This document shows, piece by piece, positions 1 to 9,257 of a DNA stretch of 60,739 nt (positions are counted from its first letter, which is position 1; the number at the start of each line of letters is the position of its first letter). The notes beneath the pieces were generated by a model. It was not told the origin of the DNA and ran no database searches. It saw only the letters and a list, made by a program, of their open reading frames with translations. This stretch comes from an uncultured cyanobacterium. Its GTDB lineage: Bacteria; Cyanobacteriota; Cyanobacteriia; Leptolyngbyales; Leptolyngbyaceae. The translations under genes were made by a program, and so were the position numbers. The stretch spans positions 1-60,739 of the forward strand of contig CAVYAN010000045.1 of NCBI GenBank assembly GCA_963766075.1. Reading direction: 5' to 3'.

Positions 1-155
1 TAACGGTCCATCATGGTTTCCATTTGCTCTATATAGAGCTTTTTGCCCTCGCGATTGAACTTGCCATAGTCCGAGCCCAACTTCACGAGGGACTGGTAAT
101 CCTCGAACAAGTTCTTGGCTTCCTGCTGCACAATTTCAGAGTCAAAAAATCCCAT
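1..155 (-). CDS. DUF1825 family protein (3' end lies outside the window)
   Basis: Manual translation from ATG at 155: MGFFDSEIVQQEAKNLFEDYQSLVKLGSDYGKFNREGKKLYIEQMETMMDR, matching the recalled N-terminus of this cyanobacterial family. Confidence 0.8.
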   Translation of the reverse strand, partial: MGFFDSEIVQQEAKNLFEDYQSLVKLGSDYGKFNREGKKLYIEQMETMMDR

Positions 156-287
156 TGCTTTCAATCCGCTCAACCTTTCAAACCGTTTACAGTATGCACT
201 TTGCGGGTCATCTACTTATAGTAATGCAAGGAGGAAAGGGGAGTAAGTAGGGGTAACACTACTCTGAATTGGCAGTCCTATGCCGTC

Positions 288-1707
288 CTACGCCCCTTGC
301 AGAATCAGGTTGTCGAACAAGCCTGACTGCCTCCGACAAATCACGCCGGAATCACTCTGGCGGTTCCCTGCAAACTGATTATCTTCGTCTGCGGGCTTGG
401 CTTTGGTGGACTTTCCCGATGCCAGAGTAGCCGATGGCAGAGTGTTCGAGCCTTGTAAGACCTGCTCTAGGGAAAGTTGAGGATTTTGTTGGAGAATATT
501 TAGGACTGTCATCAGGTCACGCACAATTTCCCCCGGTGTCAGCAGCGCATCGGCCCCCACCCGACTGACCAATACATCGAGAAAGCCCTGGATATTCCTG
601 GGGCGACAGCTTTTTGGAACTGGCATGATGGTTGCGCTGGCAATCTCTGCCAAACGCTGGAGTAACACTTGAATGTCTGCCTTGGACAGCGGTTGTAGCC
701 GAATGGCAGGCCCGAAGATATCCTGGACGCCGGACTTGACCATGCTACTGGTGACGGTGCGCCGCTGCCATGCGGGATCACGGTAGAGTCCTCGGCGAGG
801 ATCTTCCAGAAATTGAAGGTGTGCCGCCAATCAGCGTAGCCAGGTGAGTCACTCGCCCCTGCATGGCATCGTTGAACATGGCCAGGAGTTTGTCATAGTT
901 ATTTTGACGGGCGATGGGAACCGAAATTTTGTAGAGATGCACGGCCTGATCAAGGATGACCAGCAGCCCTTTGTAGCCAATGTCTGCCGCAAATCGGGCA
1001 AAAAGTTTGAGGTAGTCATACCAACTTTCATCATCAATAATCACCCGCACCCCTAGGGCGGCTCGGGCTTCAGTTTTGGTGGCAAATTCGCCCCGGAGCC
1101 AGCGGAGCGCTGCCGCTTTTTGCGTGTCATCGTCCCGGCGATACCCATTCCAGTAGGCAATAATCACGTTGGCAAACTCAAAGCCATTGACCAGATCGGC
1201 GACATCCCGCACGACTTCACGGATTTTGGCTTCTACCTTGTCATCAAAGCCTGTATCATTAGGCTTGATTTTGTGCGCCTCGGCGACTTGGGTTTGAATG
1301 CTGGCGATCCACCGCTCCATAACCGTCTCTAAGAGGGCGCCGCCATCGGGACGACTTTTGGTGGACAGATTTTTGATTAATTCGCGATAGGTGGCCACGC
1401 CAGAACCGTTGGACCCGGCGACCCGCCGTTCGGGGGTGAGGTCGGCATCTGCAACGAGAAAGCCTTTTTCCAGGGTCTCGGCTGCGCACCAGTTGCAGAG
1501 TGAAGCTTTTGCCAGAGCCGTAGCGCCCGACAACAATTCGAAAGGCCGCACCACCCTGGGCCACGTTGTCTAAATCCTGGGAAAGAACCGCGAGTTCTTT
1601 TTCGCGGCCAACTGCAATGTGTTCCACCCCGATGCGGGGGACGACTCCGGACCCAAGGCATTGATCAGGGCGGTGGAGACTCGTTTGGGTAATTTTTGGG
1701 GGGCCAT
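288..1707 (-). pseudogene. DUF2791 / BrxD-like P-loop ATPase, broken by at least 3 frameshifts
   Basis: Consecutive frames give MAPQKLPKRVSTALINALG / SGVVPRIGVEHIAVGR...GRYGSGKSF (Walker A) / LEKGFLVADADLTPERR...GLLVILDQA (Walker B-like)...GGTP / QFLEDPRRGLY...LLTPGEIVRD. Shifts near 1651, 1476 and 816. Confidence 0.8.
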
Positions 1708-1822
1708 GGCAGGTGAGAGGGGGGGAGCTAACGCCACAGAAAAGGGGTTGCACCGTATTGTAGTGGATGGATGGGGCAAGCTGGTACAGATGGTCTCTGG
1801 AGCGTGGGGAAACTGAGGTGAA

Positions 1823-1987
1823 ATGGGCGATCGCCCTACCAATCTACACAGTACTTTCACGGATGCGGACGAAAATCTTAGTCGAACTGCTAGACTACTC
1901 CGTATGCTGAGGCTGAATGCCTGTGACAGCATTGCCAAAGTCGAGCGGTCTGGTTGGCGAGTGGGTAACCAGATTGAGATCACCTGA
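1823..1987 (+). CDS. possible 54-aa small protein
   Basis: ATG preceded by GAGGTG; open to TGA at 1987; no recognised homology. Confidence 0.2.
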   Translation: MGDRPTNLHSTFTDADENLSRTARLLRMLRLNACDSIAKVERSGWRVGNQIEIT

Positions 1988-2023
1988 TTCTTTTCCCTTT
2001 ATCTCTTACGAACTCATCCTGCT

Positions 2024-2466
2024 ATGTTCAGTCCCGCGACGACGTCCATGCTCTCTCCTGTGCCTGCTCCGATAATGCCGGTTGTGTCTTCGGCGAATCC
2101 GCTGCTGCTGGTGGAAGACAATCTTTACAACGCCAAGCTGATGCTGATCTACCTCAAAAAGTTGGGCTATGAGGTGCTGTGGGCGCAAAGCGGGCGGGAA
2201 ATGTGGCAGTTGTAGAGCATGCCCAACCCGCTCTGGTGCTGATGGATATTAATCTGCCGGAAACAGATGGGTTGATTTTGACGCAGCAATTGCGATCGCA
2301 TAGCCGTTGGCAACGCATTCCCATCATTGTGCAAACGGCTATGGCGATGTTGGGCGATCGCGAAGCTTGTTTTAAGGCTGGAGCCAATGGGTACATTGCC
2401 AAACCTCTGGATCTACGGCAATTGGCGGGCCTGATTGTGCAATGCCTGGAGACGGATGCTGGGTAG
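2024..2466 (+). pseudogene. single-domain response regulator receiver (CheY/DivK-like), frameshift near 2213
   Basis: LLLVEDN...GYEV in one frame continues as PALVLMDINLPETDG...QTAMAM...GYIAKP in another; break at cagttgtagagcat. Confidence 0.8.
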
Positions 2467-2548
2467 GGACTAAATGTATTGCCCCAAGCGTCTAGAAATT
2501 CGCTAGGCTGGGAATGCTTGCATTCTTTCGCCTGTATTTCCTGCTGCT

Positions 2549-3355
2549 ATGGTTCTTGCAAAATTGGCCCAACTTCAAGCATTGTTTGCCGATATGGAGC
2601 GGGCCTTGATCGCCTATTCGGGAGGGATTGATAGTACTTTGGTGGCCAAGGTGGCCTGGGATGTGCTGGGCGATCGCGCCCTTGCTGTCACTGCCGTTTC
2701 CCCTTCCCTGCTGCCCGAAGACTTGGATGATGCCTGTGCCCAAGCTGATGCCATTGGTATTGCCCACGAGCTGGTGGAAACCCATGAGTTGCAGAATCCC
2801 AACTATGCCAGCAATCCAGTCAATCGCTGCTATTTTTGCAAGAGTGAATTGCACGATACCCTGAAGCCTCTGGCGTTGCAGCGGGGCTATCCCTATGTGG
2901 TAGATGGCGTGAATCGGGATGATTTACAGGATTACCGTCCCGGCATTGCGGCGGCCCAGGAACGGGGTGCCCGATCGCCCCTCGCCGAAGTAGGCATCAC
3001 CAAATTAGAGGTGCGGCAAATTGCCAAACATCTCGGGCTGAGCTGCTGGGATAAACCAGCACAGCCCTGCTTAAGCTCACGGTTTCCCTATGGTGAGGCG
3101 ATCGATCTGGCCAAGCTTCAGCGCGTGGGACGGGCCGAGGTCTACCTGCGCCAGTTGGGGCTAAAGACGCTGCGGGTGCGATCGGAAGGGGACACGGCCC
3201 GGATTGAGTTACCACCAGAGCGAATTCAGGCATTTGTGCAAACCACCGATCTATCAAAACTCACCACCGCCTTTCAGGGCTTTGGCTTTGTCTATGTCAC
3301 CCTGGACCTGGAAGGATTCCGCAGTGGCAAGCTGAACCAAGTGTTGCAGAAGTAA
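2549..3355 (+). CDS. larE: ATP-dependent sacrificial sulfur transferase LarE (PP-loop)
   Basis: AYSGGIDS PP-loop, NRCYFCK, DYRPG, PCLSSRFPYG, DLEGFRSGKLN. Confidence 0.9.
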   Translation: MVLAKLAQLQALFADMERALIAYSGGIDSTLVAKVAWDVLGDRALAVTAVSPSLLPEDLDDACAQADAIGIAHELVETHELQNPNYASNPVNRCYFCKSELHDTLKPLALQRGYPYVVDGVNRDDLQDYRPGIAAAQERGARSPLAEVGITKLEVRQIAKHLGLSCWDKPAQPCLSSRFPYGEAIDLAKLQRVGRAEVYLRQLGLKTLRVRSEGDTARIELPPERIQAFVQTTDLSKLTTAFQGFGFVYVTLDLEGFRSGKLNQVLQK

Positions 3356-3512
3356 CCTGGAGGAGTCAATATTCGGAATTGCGATTCGGAATCGCCTTGG
3401 CCAAATCGCCCCTTGATAAGGGTTCCAGCCATCACAATCCATCACGCGGCCATCACAATCATCTGATTCTGTACGATGAATGTATCCAGGGGAACCTAGG
3501 GGAATACTGTCC

Positions 3513-3690
3513 ATGACCATCGCCACAGACCGCAGAATGACCCCTGAGGAGTATTTGGACTATGACGACGGCACTGACACGCGGTACGAGCTCGTGGATG
3601 GGGTGCTGGTAGAGATGGGTGCAGAGAGTACGCTGAATACTCAGATTGCCGTATTTTTATTGCTTACTTTTGCAGCATTGGGCATCGCCC
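3513..3690 (+). pseudogene. Uma2 (DUF820) endonuclease N-terminal fragment
   Basis: MTPEEYLDYDDGTDTRYELVDGVLVEMGAES is a typical Uma2 start; similarity ends at the IS110 fragment. Confidence 0.75.
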
Positions 3691-4258
3691 GGTACGGTTT
3701 GAACATGACGAGCGTTGACCAGTTTGACCTCTAAGCTTGTCGTTCCTAGGATTTGGAACAAGGGTATCCAATAGACTCCCGTCGATTCCATCGCCACCGT
3801 TTCGATGCCACACTGCTGCAACCAATTAGCCAGTTCATGCAGGTCATCTGTGAAACAGGCAAATCGGCGCACGCTCACGCTGTCTCGCCCTTCTGGAACA
3901 CTCACCCAGTGGTAATCTGCGCCGACATCGATCCCAGCCGCATTGGGGTTGACGACGGATATTCCGGTCTTGGCCTCACTCATACTCTCCTCCGCGGCGC
4001 TAAGGTAAACCTGCTCTGACCCATTGGGCACTGTCAATCCAGTCTCCTAAACGGGATAGTGACCAAAATCACTTCACCAATTGCTTCACCGTGACCCTCT
4101 GGAACCATGCTGAGTAACGGTGCATCGCACCAGTCATATATCGGTCTTAACTGTCAGTGCATTAGCTTTACTTCAGGACAGATTGGAACCGGGATTTGGG
4201 TGTTTCTGGCTTGCTTAACCCACCAGGCATCGTGGGTCTATTGCTGAGTAGTTACCTT
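3688..4258 (-). mobile_element. truncated IS110-family element: DEDD transposase N-terminus (ATG at 3983) plus upstream non-coding end
   Basis: NPNAAGIDVG...VAMESTGVYWIPLFQIL...VKLVNARHVQTVPG, then an abrupt end; GGAGGAG ribosome binding site before ATG 3983; outer boundary approximate. Confidence 0.85.
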
Positions 4259-4528
4259 CAAAGATTTGCCACAACATCCACCGGTAGTAATAGTGGTGGA
4301 ATGGGGACGTTCGGGTCAAGCAGGGCGGACAGACAGGTGTGGAGGAGGACGACTTTTTGGTCGAAGCTGGCACTATCGAAGCTGCGATCGCAGGTCAGAA
4401 TATCTACCTCTTCCTCTAAATCGGCCATTTCTTCGAGATACTCTACGGCGTGTTGCAGGGCGCTGAGGTACAACGCGGCTTCGCTGCCTTCCAAGGACTC
4501 GATCATCAATTTGGGTGTGCCATATCAT
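4258..4528 (-). pseudogene. hypothetical protein, frameshifted near 4494 and possibly cut by the IS110
   Basis: MIWHTQIDDRV joins LEGSEAALYLSALQHAVEYLEE... if one base is removed. Confidence 0.4.
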
Positions 4529-4654
4529 TGCTTTTAGCTCTTGGGGGAGATTTGCTCGGTTGGGATCGCCATTGGCTGTGTCAATTTTGGTATTGCTGAA
4601 TGCAGGGATGAATCCTTGATCGTGACCTGACAGCAGCGGGCATTTACCAAACAT

Positions 4655-4900
4655 CTCTTCCACTACGATCCGCGCCACAAACAGGCCCATTTGCAGCGCC
4701 ACCCACACCACTGTGCTTAGACTTTTGGCCCCTTCAAGCTCTTGATGATATTGCTGCCATTCCGGTCGGTCGAGCCAAACTTGTTCCAAAGACCCTAGAA
4801 TCAGGACTAATTATTTTGGTTGAGGACAGGACTATTATTCCTGTCCTTTTTTGTTTTTGTCACTAGGCTATTCAACATCCACTCATACGTCCGTTCTCCC
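4655..4900 (-). mobile_element. possible ISKra4-like (IS256 superfamily) left-end fragment
   Basis: Minus strand begins GGGAGAACGGACGTATGAGTGG, resembling recalled GGAGA- termini; LEQVWLDRPEWQQYHQELEGAKSLSTVVWVALQMGLFVARIVVEE resembles recalled cyanobacterial ISKra4-type transposase N-termini. Confidence 0.4.
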
Positions 4901-5023
4901 CTAAGCTCGGGATACGCCCCCGGTTATGCGGTTATGGTTAGTCAGAGCGTTCCGTACAAGGTTAAATTTCAAGCTTTAGGTGTTAGAAAATCATCTATCG
5001 CTGAGTCTCTCTAATTGGGCTAC

Positions 5024-5593
5024 TTAACAGGCATGATTGCCCCTCCACTCCTCCTCCTCCAACTCCGCCTTGCGTTTTGTTTGGATATTCTTGAGGTGCT
5101 TTTTCACCGTGTCCTCGGCGATGAAAAGTTGAGTGCCGATTAATTTACGCGAAATACCCAAACGACGCAGGACCCAGACTTCGGTTTCCCGCTGGGTGAG
5201 ATGCCACCGATACGCCTCGGCGATCGCCAATCCATGCAAACACCGCTGTTGATCCTGTAATCGCAACAGCACACAGGGCAGGGGTAACATCATCAGCTCC
5301 ATCCACTGGGCTTCCACACGAAACGGGGTCCCTTGAACCGTGAGTTCGTGTTCTAGCACCAAGGGGCGATCGGGAAACAGTTCTCGACTTTCAATCAAGC
5401 TCTGACAAATCCGCTTCATTTCCTGAGGGAGCGGATCCGTCGTATCTCGCAGGAGTTGATGGCAAATTTCTCGGGCGGTTTGATTGACATAGAGCACTTT
5501 ATAGTCAGTTGACACCAATAGCATTCCGTCCAAACAGCTTTCCAAGACGGCTTGGAAAAGATCGTGAGATTTATCAGGATAATTCATGTTCAT
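5024..5593 (-). CDS. LuxR-type HTH regulator with PAS-like N-terminal domain
   Basis: LESCLDGMLLVS...VLYVN (PAS-like); LTQRETEVWVLRRLG...LFIAEDTVKKHLKNI (LuxR HTH). Confidence 0.8.
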   Translation of the reverse strand: MNMNYPDKSHDLFQAVLESCLDGMLLVSTDYKVLYVNQTAREICHQLLRDTTDPLPQEMKRICQSLIESRELFPDRPLVLEHELTVQGTPFRVEAQWMELMMLPLPCVLLRLQDQQRCLHGLAIAEAYRWHLTQRETEVWVLRRLGISRKLIGTQLFIAEDTVKKHLKNIQTKRKAELEEEEWRGNHAC

Positions 5594-5768
5594 TTTAGGG
5601 GCTCTAATGAACGGGATAGATGGTAGCGGCTTGAGAACCTGGGTTCAGGGCTAGGGTCAAGACCCAGTCAAGCGAAAAGCATTAACACACAACACACGAG
5701 ATCAACTTTTGGTTTTCTTCAACCCAGGCCCAATTGGCTACATCTAAACTTTATCTATCAGGTTCCTG

Positions 5769-5806
5769 CTTTGCCGTAAGAATACGTAAGCACTTTGCCG
5801 TAAGAA
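5769..5806. promoter_or_regulatory. direct repeat CTTTGCCGTAAGAA x2 upstream of the LuxR gene
   Basis: Exact 14-mers at 5769 and 5793, with an extra CGTAAG between them. Confidence 0.35.
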
Positions 5807-5956
5807 ATGGTAACGAGTGTTTATAGGGCTGAATTGGGAAATGTATGCAATGGGCCAGCTATGGCCCTTGAAATGGGCGTCTATAGGTAGGAGTCATCCC
5901 AGCAATATGGCTTACCTGCGGGCCTATGGGTGAAAGAGCGTGCCCAGATTGATCAC

Positions 5957-6030
5957 CCAAAAACCGGGCATTCAAAAACCGGGCACCCAAAAAACTGGCC
6001 CTTTAAACTGGCTCTTCAAAACTGGGCAAC
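5957..6030. repeat. degenerate tandem repeat (AAAAACCGGGCA-like, about 5 copies)
   Basis: aaaaaccgggcattc aaaaaccgggcaccc aaaaaactggcccttt aaactggctcttc aaaactgggc. Confidence 0.7.
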
Positions 6031-7454
6031 TACGCCCGCATCCGTTGAATTAATGTCTGAAATTCAGTCCAGTCGTCGGCTTCGGTAATCCGTTCCCAGA
6101 CGGCTTCAATCAAAGGACGCACGGGAACCGTTTGGGGATTAGCTTGATGCAACTGCTGCTGCACCTGCGGCATTGCAGCGGCAGGGTGATCCAGCAGCAG
6201 GTTAAAGTAGGCAATCTGCCACTGCTGCCAAAGCCCAGTTAGAGCTTCATCCATGGGGGCGATCGCCGGTAAGATCTGGCTTACGTCTTCCCGCCAACCG
6301 GGATCAAACTGCATGGCCAATTGGGCAAAGAAGCCGTGATAGTCCACTTGGGACTCCTTCAGAAAATGAACGGTCAGTTGGAGTAGGCGGGTCGCCGCCT
6401 CGGAACTGTTTGCCGCAAATCCCAGTCGCAGCAGCAGGCATTGGCGGTAATGTGCCTCGAAGTAATCTGCAAAGTGTTCCAACTCCGCCTCCAGCGCCAT
6501 GGGATCAATCACCATGCTGAGAGGACGTTGCAGCAACTGCAAGTTCTGCTGGCAGATTCCGGGCTGGTTGGCGTAGGCATACAGCCCAGAGTGGTCAAAA
6601 TAGGCTGCGGTAAAGCCGGGATCATAGGTGGGAATAAAGGCGAAGGGGCCATAGTCAAAACTTTCCCCGGTAATGGCCATATTGTCTGTATTCAAGACCG
6701 CATGGCAAAATCCGGCGCTCATCCACTGCGCAGCCAGCTCGGCGACGCGCTGCACCAGTTCCGCATAGAAACGAAGATAGCGATCGCAATCCTCCTGCAG
6801 ATGGGTGTAATAGTGCTCAATGACATGATCCAAGAGAATGGCAATCAAATCTTTGCGTTGGAGGTAATGTAGCCGCTCAAAGGTACCAAAGCGAATGTGC
6901 GATCGCTGCATCCGGATCATCACGGAGGATCGCGTCGGGGATGGCTCATCGCCCCGCCATAGTTGCTCTCCTGTTTCCACGAGGCTCAAACAGCGGGAAG
7001 TCCGCACTCCCAGGCGTTGCAATGCTTCTGCTGCAATTACCTCACGCACCCCCCCCTTGAGGGTCAAGCGTCCGTCGCCGCCGCGGGAATAGGGCGTGCG
7101 CCCTGAACCCTTGGTGCCAAAGTCGTAGAGTAAGCCATCGCGGCCTCGCACCTGCCCGTACAAAAAGCCACGCCCATCACCCAGGGCTGGATTGTAGTGT
7201 TGAAACTGATAGCCGTGGTAGCGCAGGGCCAAAAACGGTTGTGGAGCATGGGCAAATTTGCCAAACGCTTCGATGAAGTCCGCATCGCTGACGGTCTGGG
7301 GATCTACACCCAGGATCGGCAGCAGATCGTCATTGCGCCAGCGCAGAATGTGCTGTGGAAATTCGGCAGCGGGCACTGGATCGGCATAATCATCTCCCAG
7401 GAGGGCGATCGCCGCTTCGTAATTGAGACTCAGCAGGGGGTTGGAGGCAGTCAT
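6030..7454 (-). CDS. selO: protein adenylyltransferase SelO / YdiU family
   Basis: YHGYQF...[39 protein letters not shown]. Confidence 0.92.
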   Translation of the reverse strand: MTASNPLLSLNYEAAIALLGDDYADPVPAAEFPQHILRWRNDDLLPILGVDPQTVSDADFIEAFGKFAHAPQPFLALRYHGYQFQHYNPALGDGRGFLYGQVRGRDGLLYDFGTKGSGRTPYSRGGDGRLTLKGGVREVIAAEALQRLGVRTSRCLSLVETGEQLWRGDEPSPTRSSVMIRMQRSHIRFGTFERLHYLQRKDLIAILLDHVIEHYYTHLQEDCDRYLRFYAELVQRVAELAAQWMSAGFCHAVLNTDNMAITGESFDYGPFAFIPTYDPGFTAAYFDHSGLYAYANQPGICQQNLQLLQRPLSMVIDPMALEAELEHFADYFEAHYRQCLLLRLGFAANSSEAATRLLQLTVHFLKESQVDYHGFFAQLAMQFDPGWREDVSQILPAIAPMDEALTGLWQQWQIAYFNLLLDHPAAAMPQVQQQLHQANPQTVPVRPLIEAVWERITEADDWTEFQTLIQRMRA

Positions 7455-7669
7455 GCTTGATATTGTAGAGCGGGAAGTTGCCTCGCAAAATAGAGAAAGG
7501 CTAATCAGTTCTGGAGGGTGGGGAATTCTGTGAGGGGTAGTCCTGTTAAGCGGGCGATCACTTCTGGGTCCATGCCAGCTTTCAGCCTATTAAGCGCGAT
7601 CGCCTGCTGACTTTCTTGTCAACCTTCTTGCCGACCTCTCTGGAGTATTTCTGCTTCGATTTGTTCGTA

Positions 7670-8058
7670 GGTAATAGATAATTGTCATGATGATAGCTCG
7701 CAGATCTCCAGTTAGATTTTGCCGTGCTTTTAGGTTTTTCTGCAATACGGCGATGTGACCCAAGGTAAGAGTGCGATGAGGATGGTCTATGGGCAGGGCC
7801 ACCAGCTCGTTGACGGCCCGTTTTTCAACACGGCCTCGCATAAAGGTATAAAGAGGCGGAGTCAAAGGGTATCCAGAGGGTGGGCAGTTCGTGAAGGGTG
7901 ATCGCCCAGTGGTGGGTGGGCAGAAAGTAGATGCCATTGTCCCCATCAGGATGAGATATTTCTCCGGAGAAGGGATACTTGATTTGGACGGTGCCGAAGT
8001 CCGCGAGGAATTCTTGCATCTAATCCTTGGCGAAGCGGTCGTGGAGGATGCGGGGCAT
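7670..8058 (-). pseudogene. degenerate, internally deleted copy of a multicopy cyanobacterial hypothetical protein family (often labelled Rpn-like or FliH-like)
   Basis: MPRILHDRFAKD*MQEFLADFGTVQ (in-frame TAG), then GIYFLP...LHELP.TLWI, then GRVEKRAVNELVALPIDHPHR...LQKNLKARQNL in another frame. Confidence 0.55.
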
Positions 8059-8192
8059 GGGAGAGATGAACCCTTAGCCTGGATCGCTTGATCATAAACT
8101 GGAGTGGTTAAGCGGGTTCGGATCCAACAAGCGCTCCCGTTGCGGGATTGCTCCCCCGATCCTGGGATGAAATTTACTACCGGAGAGTTCCT

Positions 8193-9089
8193 GTGAACAC
8201 ATCAGAACGTTTTCGTGGATGTCTACTGGGTCTGGCTGTGGGGGATGCTGTGGGCACGACGGTGGAGTTTCAGGCGCGTGGTACCTTTCCACCCGTAACG
8301 GACATGGTAGGGCAGGGTCCTTTTCAGCTAGAGCCAGGACAATGGACCGACGATACGTCCATGGCACTGTGCCTGGGAACCAGCTTAATTCGTTGCAACG
8401 GGTTTGATGCGGCGGATCAAATGCAGCGCTATTGTCAGTGGTATACCGACGGCTATCTCAGCAGCACGGGCTCCTGTTTTGACATTGGCAGCACGGTGCG
8501 ACAGGCGCTAGAGCGGTACAAAATCTCTGGAGATCCTTTTAGTGGATCTACCGATCCCCGTGCCGCTGGCAATGGCTGTTTGATGCGCTTAGCCCCGATT
8601 CCGATGTTCTATTTCCCAGAGCGCGATCGCATCCTACATTTTTCCAGCGAAAGTGCTCGTACCACCCATGGAGCCGTGGAATGTTTGGATGCGAGTCGTC
8701 TATTTGGAGCGATGCTAGGGCGGGCATTGGCGGGCGGGCATAAGGCTGACATTTTAGACGGGCGTGATTTGGCGATCGCCCCCGCCTTAGTCTCCATCGC
8801 CAAGGGTGAATACCAACGCAAAACGGTAGATGAAGTCCGGGGAACGGGCTATGTGGTGGACAGTTTGGAAGCAGCTCTATGGTGTTTTTGGACAACGGAT
8901 AGCTATGCCCAAGCCATTCTGGCCGCCGCTAATTTAGGAGACGATGCGGATACTACTGCTGCCATTTGCGGGCAACTGGCTGGCGCATACTATGGAGAAT
9001 CCGGCATTCCGCCCCACTGGTTAGAGAAATTGGTCATGCATGACCCAATTGCTGACTTGGCCGATCAAGTGTATTTGGCCACACCGTAA
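8193..9089 (+). CDS. ADP-ribosylglycohydrolase (DraG/ARH family)
   Basis: GCLLGLAVGDAVG, GQWTDDTSMA, AGNGCLMR, GDDADTTAAICGQLAGA; GTG start after GGAG. Confidence 0.92.
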   Translation: MNTSERFRGCLLGLAVGDAVGTTVEFQARGTFPPVTDMVGQGPFQLEPGQWTDDTSMALCLGTSLIRCNGFDAADQMQRYCQWYTDGYLSSTGSCFDIGSTVRQALERYKISGDPFSGSTDPRAAGNGCLMRLAPIPMFYFPERDRILHFSSESARTTHGAVECLDASRLFGAMLGRALAGGHKADILDGRDLAIAPALVSIAKGEYQRKTVDEVRGTGYVVDSLEAALWCFWTTDSYAQAILAAANLGDDADTTAAICGQLAGAYYGESGIPPHWLEKLVMHDPIADLADQVYLATP

Positions 9090-9091
9090 CC

Positions 9092-9130
9092 TTTTTGCGC
9101 CGGGAATTTTTTGCGCCGGGAATTTTTGCC
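9092..9130. repeat. short tandem repeat TTTTTGCGCCGGGAA x2.5
   Basis: Seen directly after the DraG-like stop codon. Confidence 0.7.
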
Positions 9131-9257
9131 CTGATCATTGGAGATGCCGTGGCTCAAGCCAACGCTACAGCATCCCCTGTGCCCCAATGCCCGCCCGATT
9201 CTGCTCAACTGGCTCCATAATGGGGCTAGGATTTTAGGGGTTGAGTTGAGTTTGACT

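Noticed and set aside
2549..3355. larE without larA/B/C nearby
   Set aside because: Dispersed lar-like genes are common in cyanobacteria
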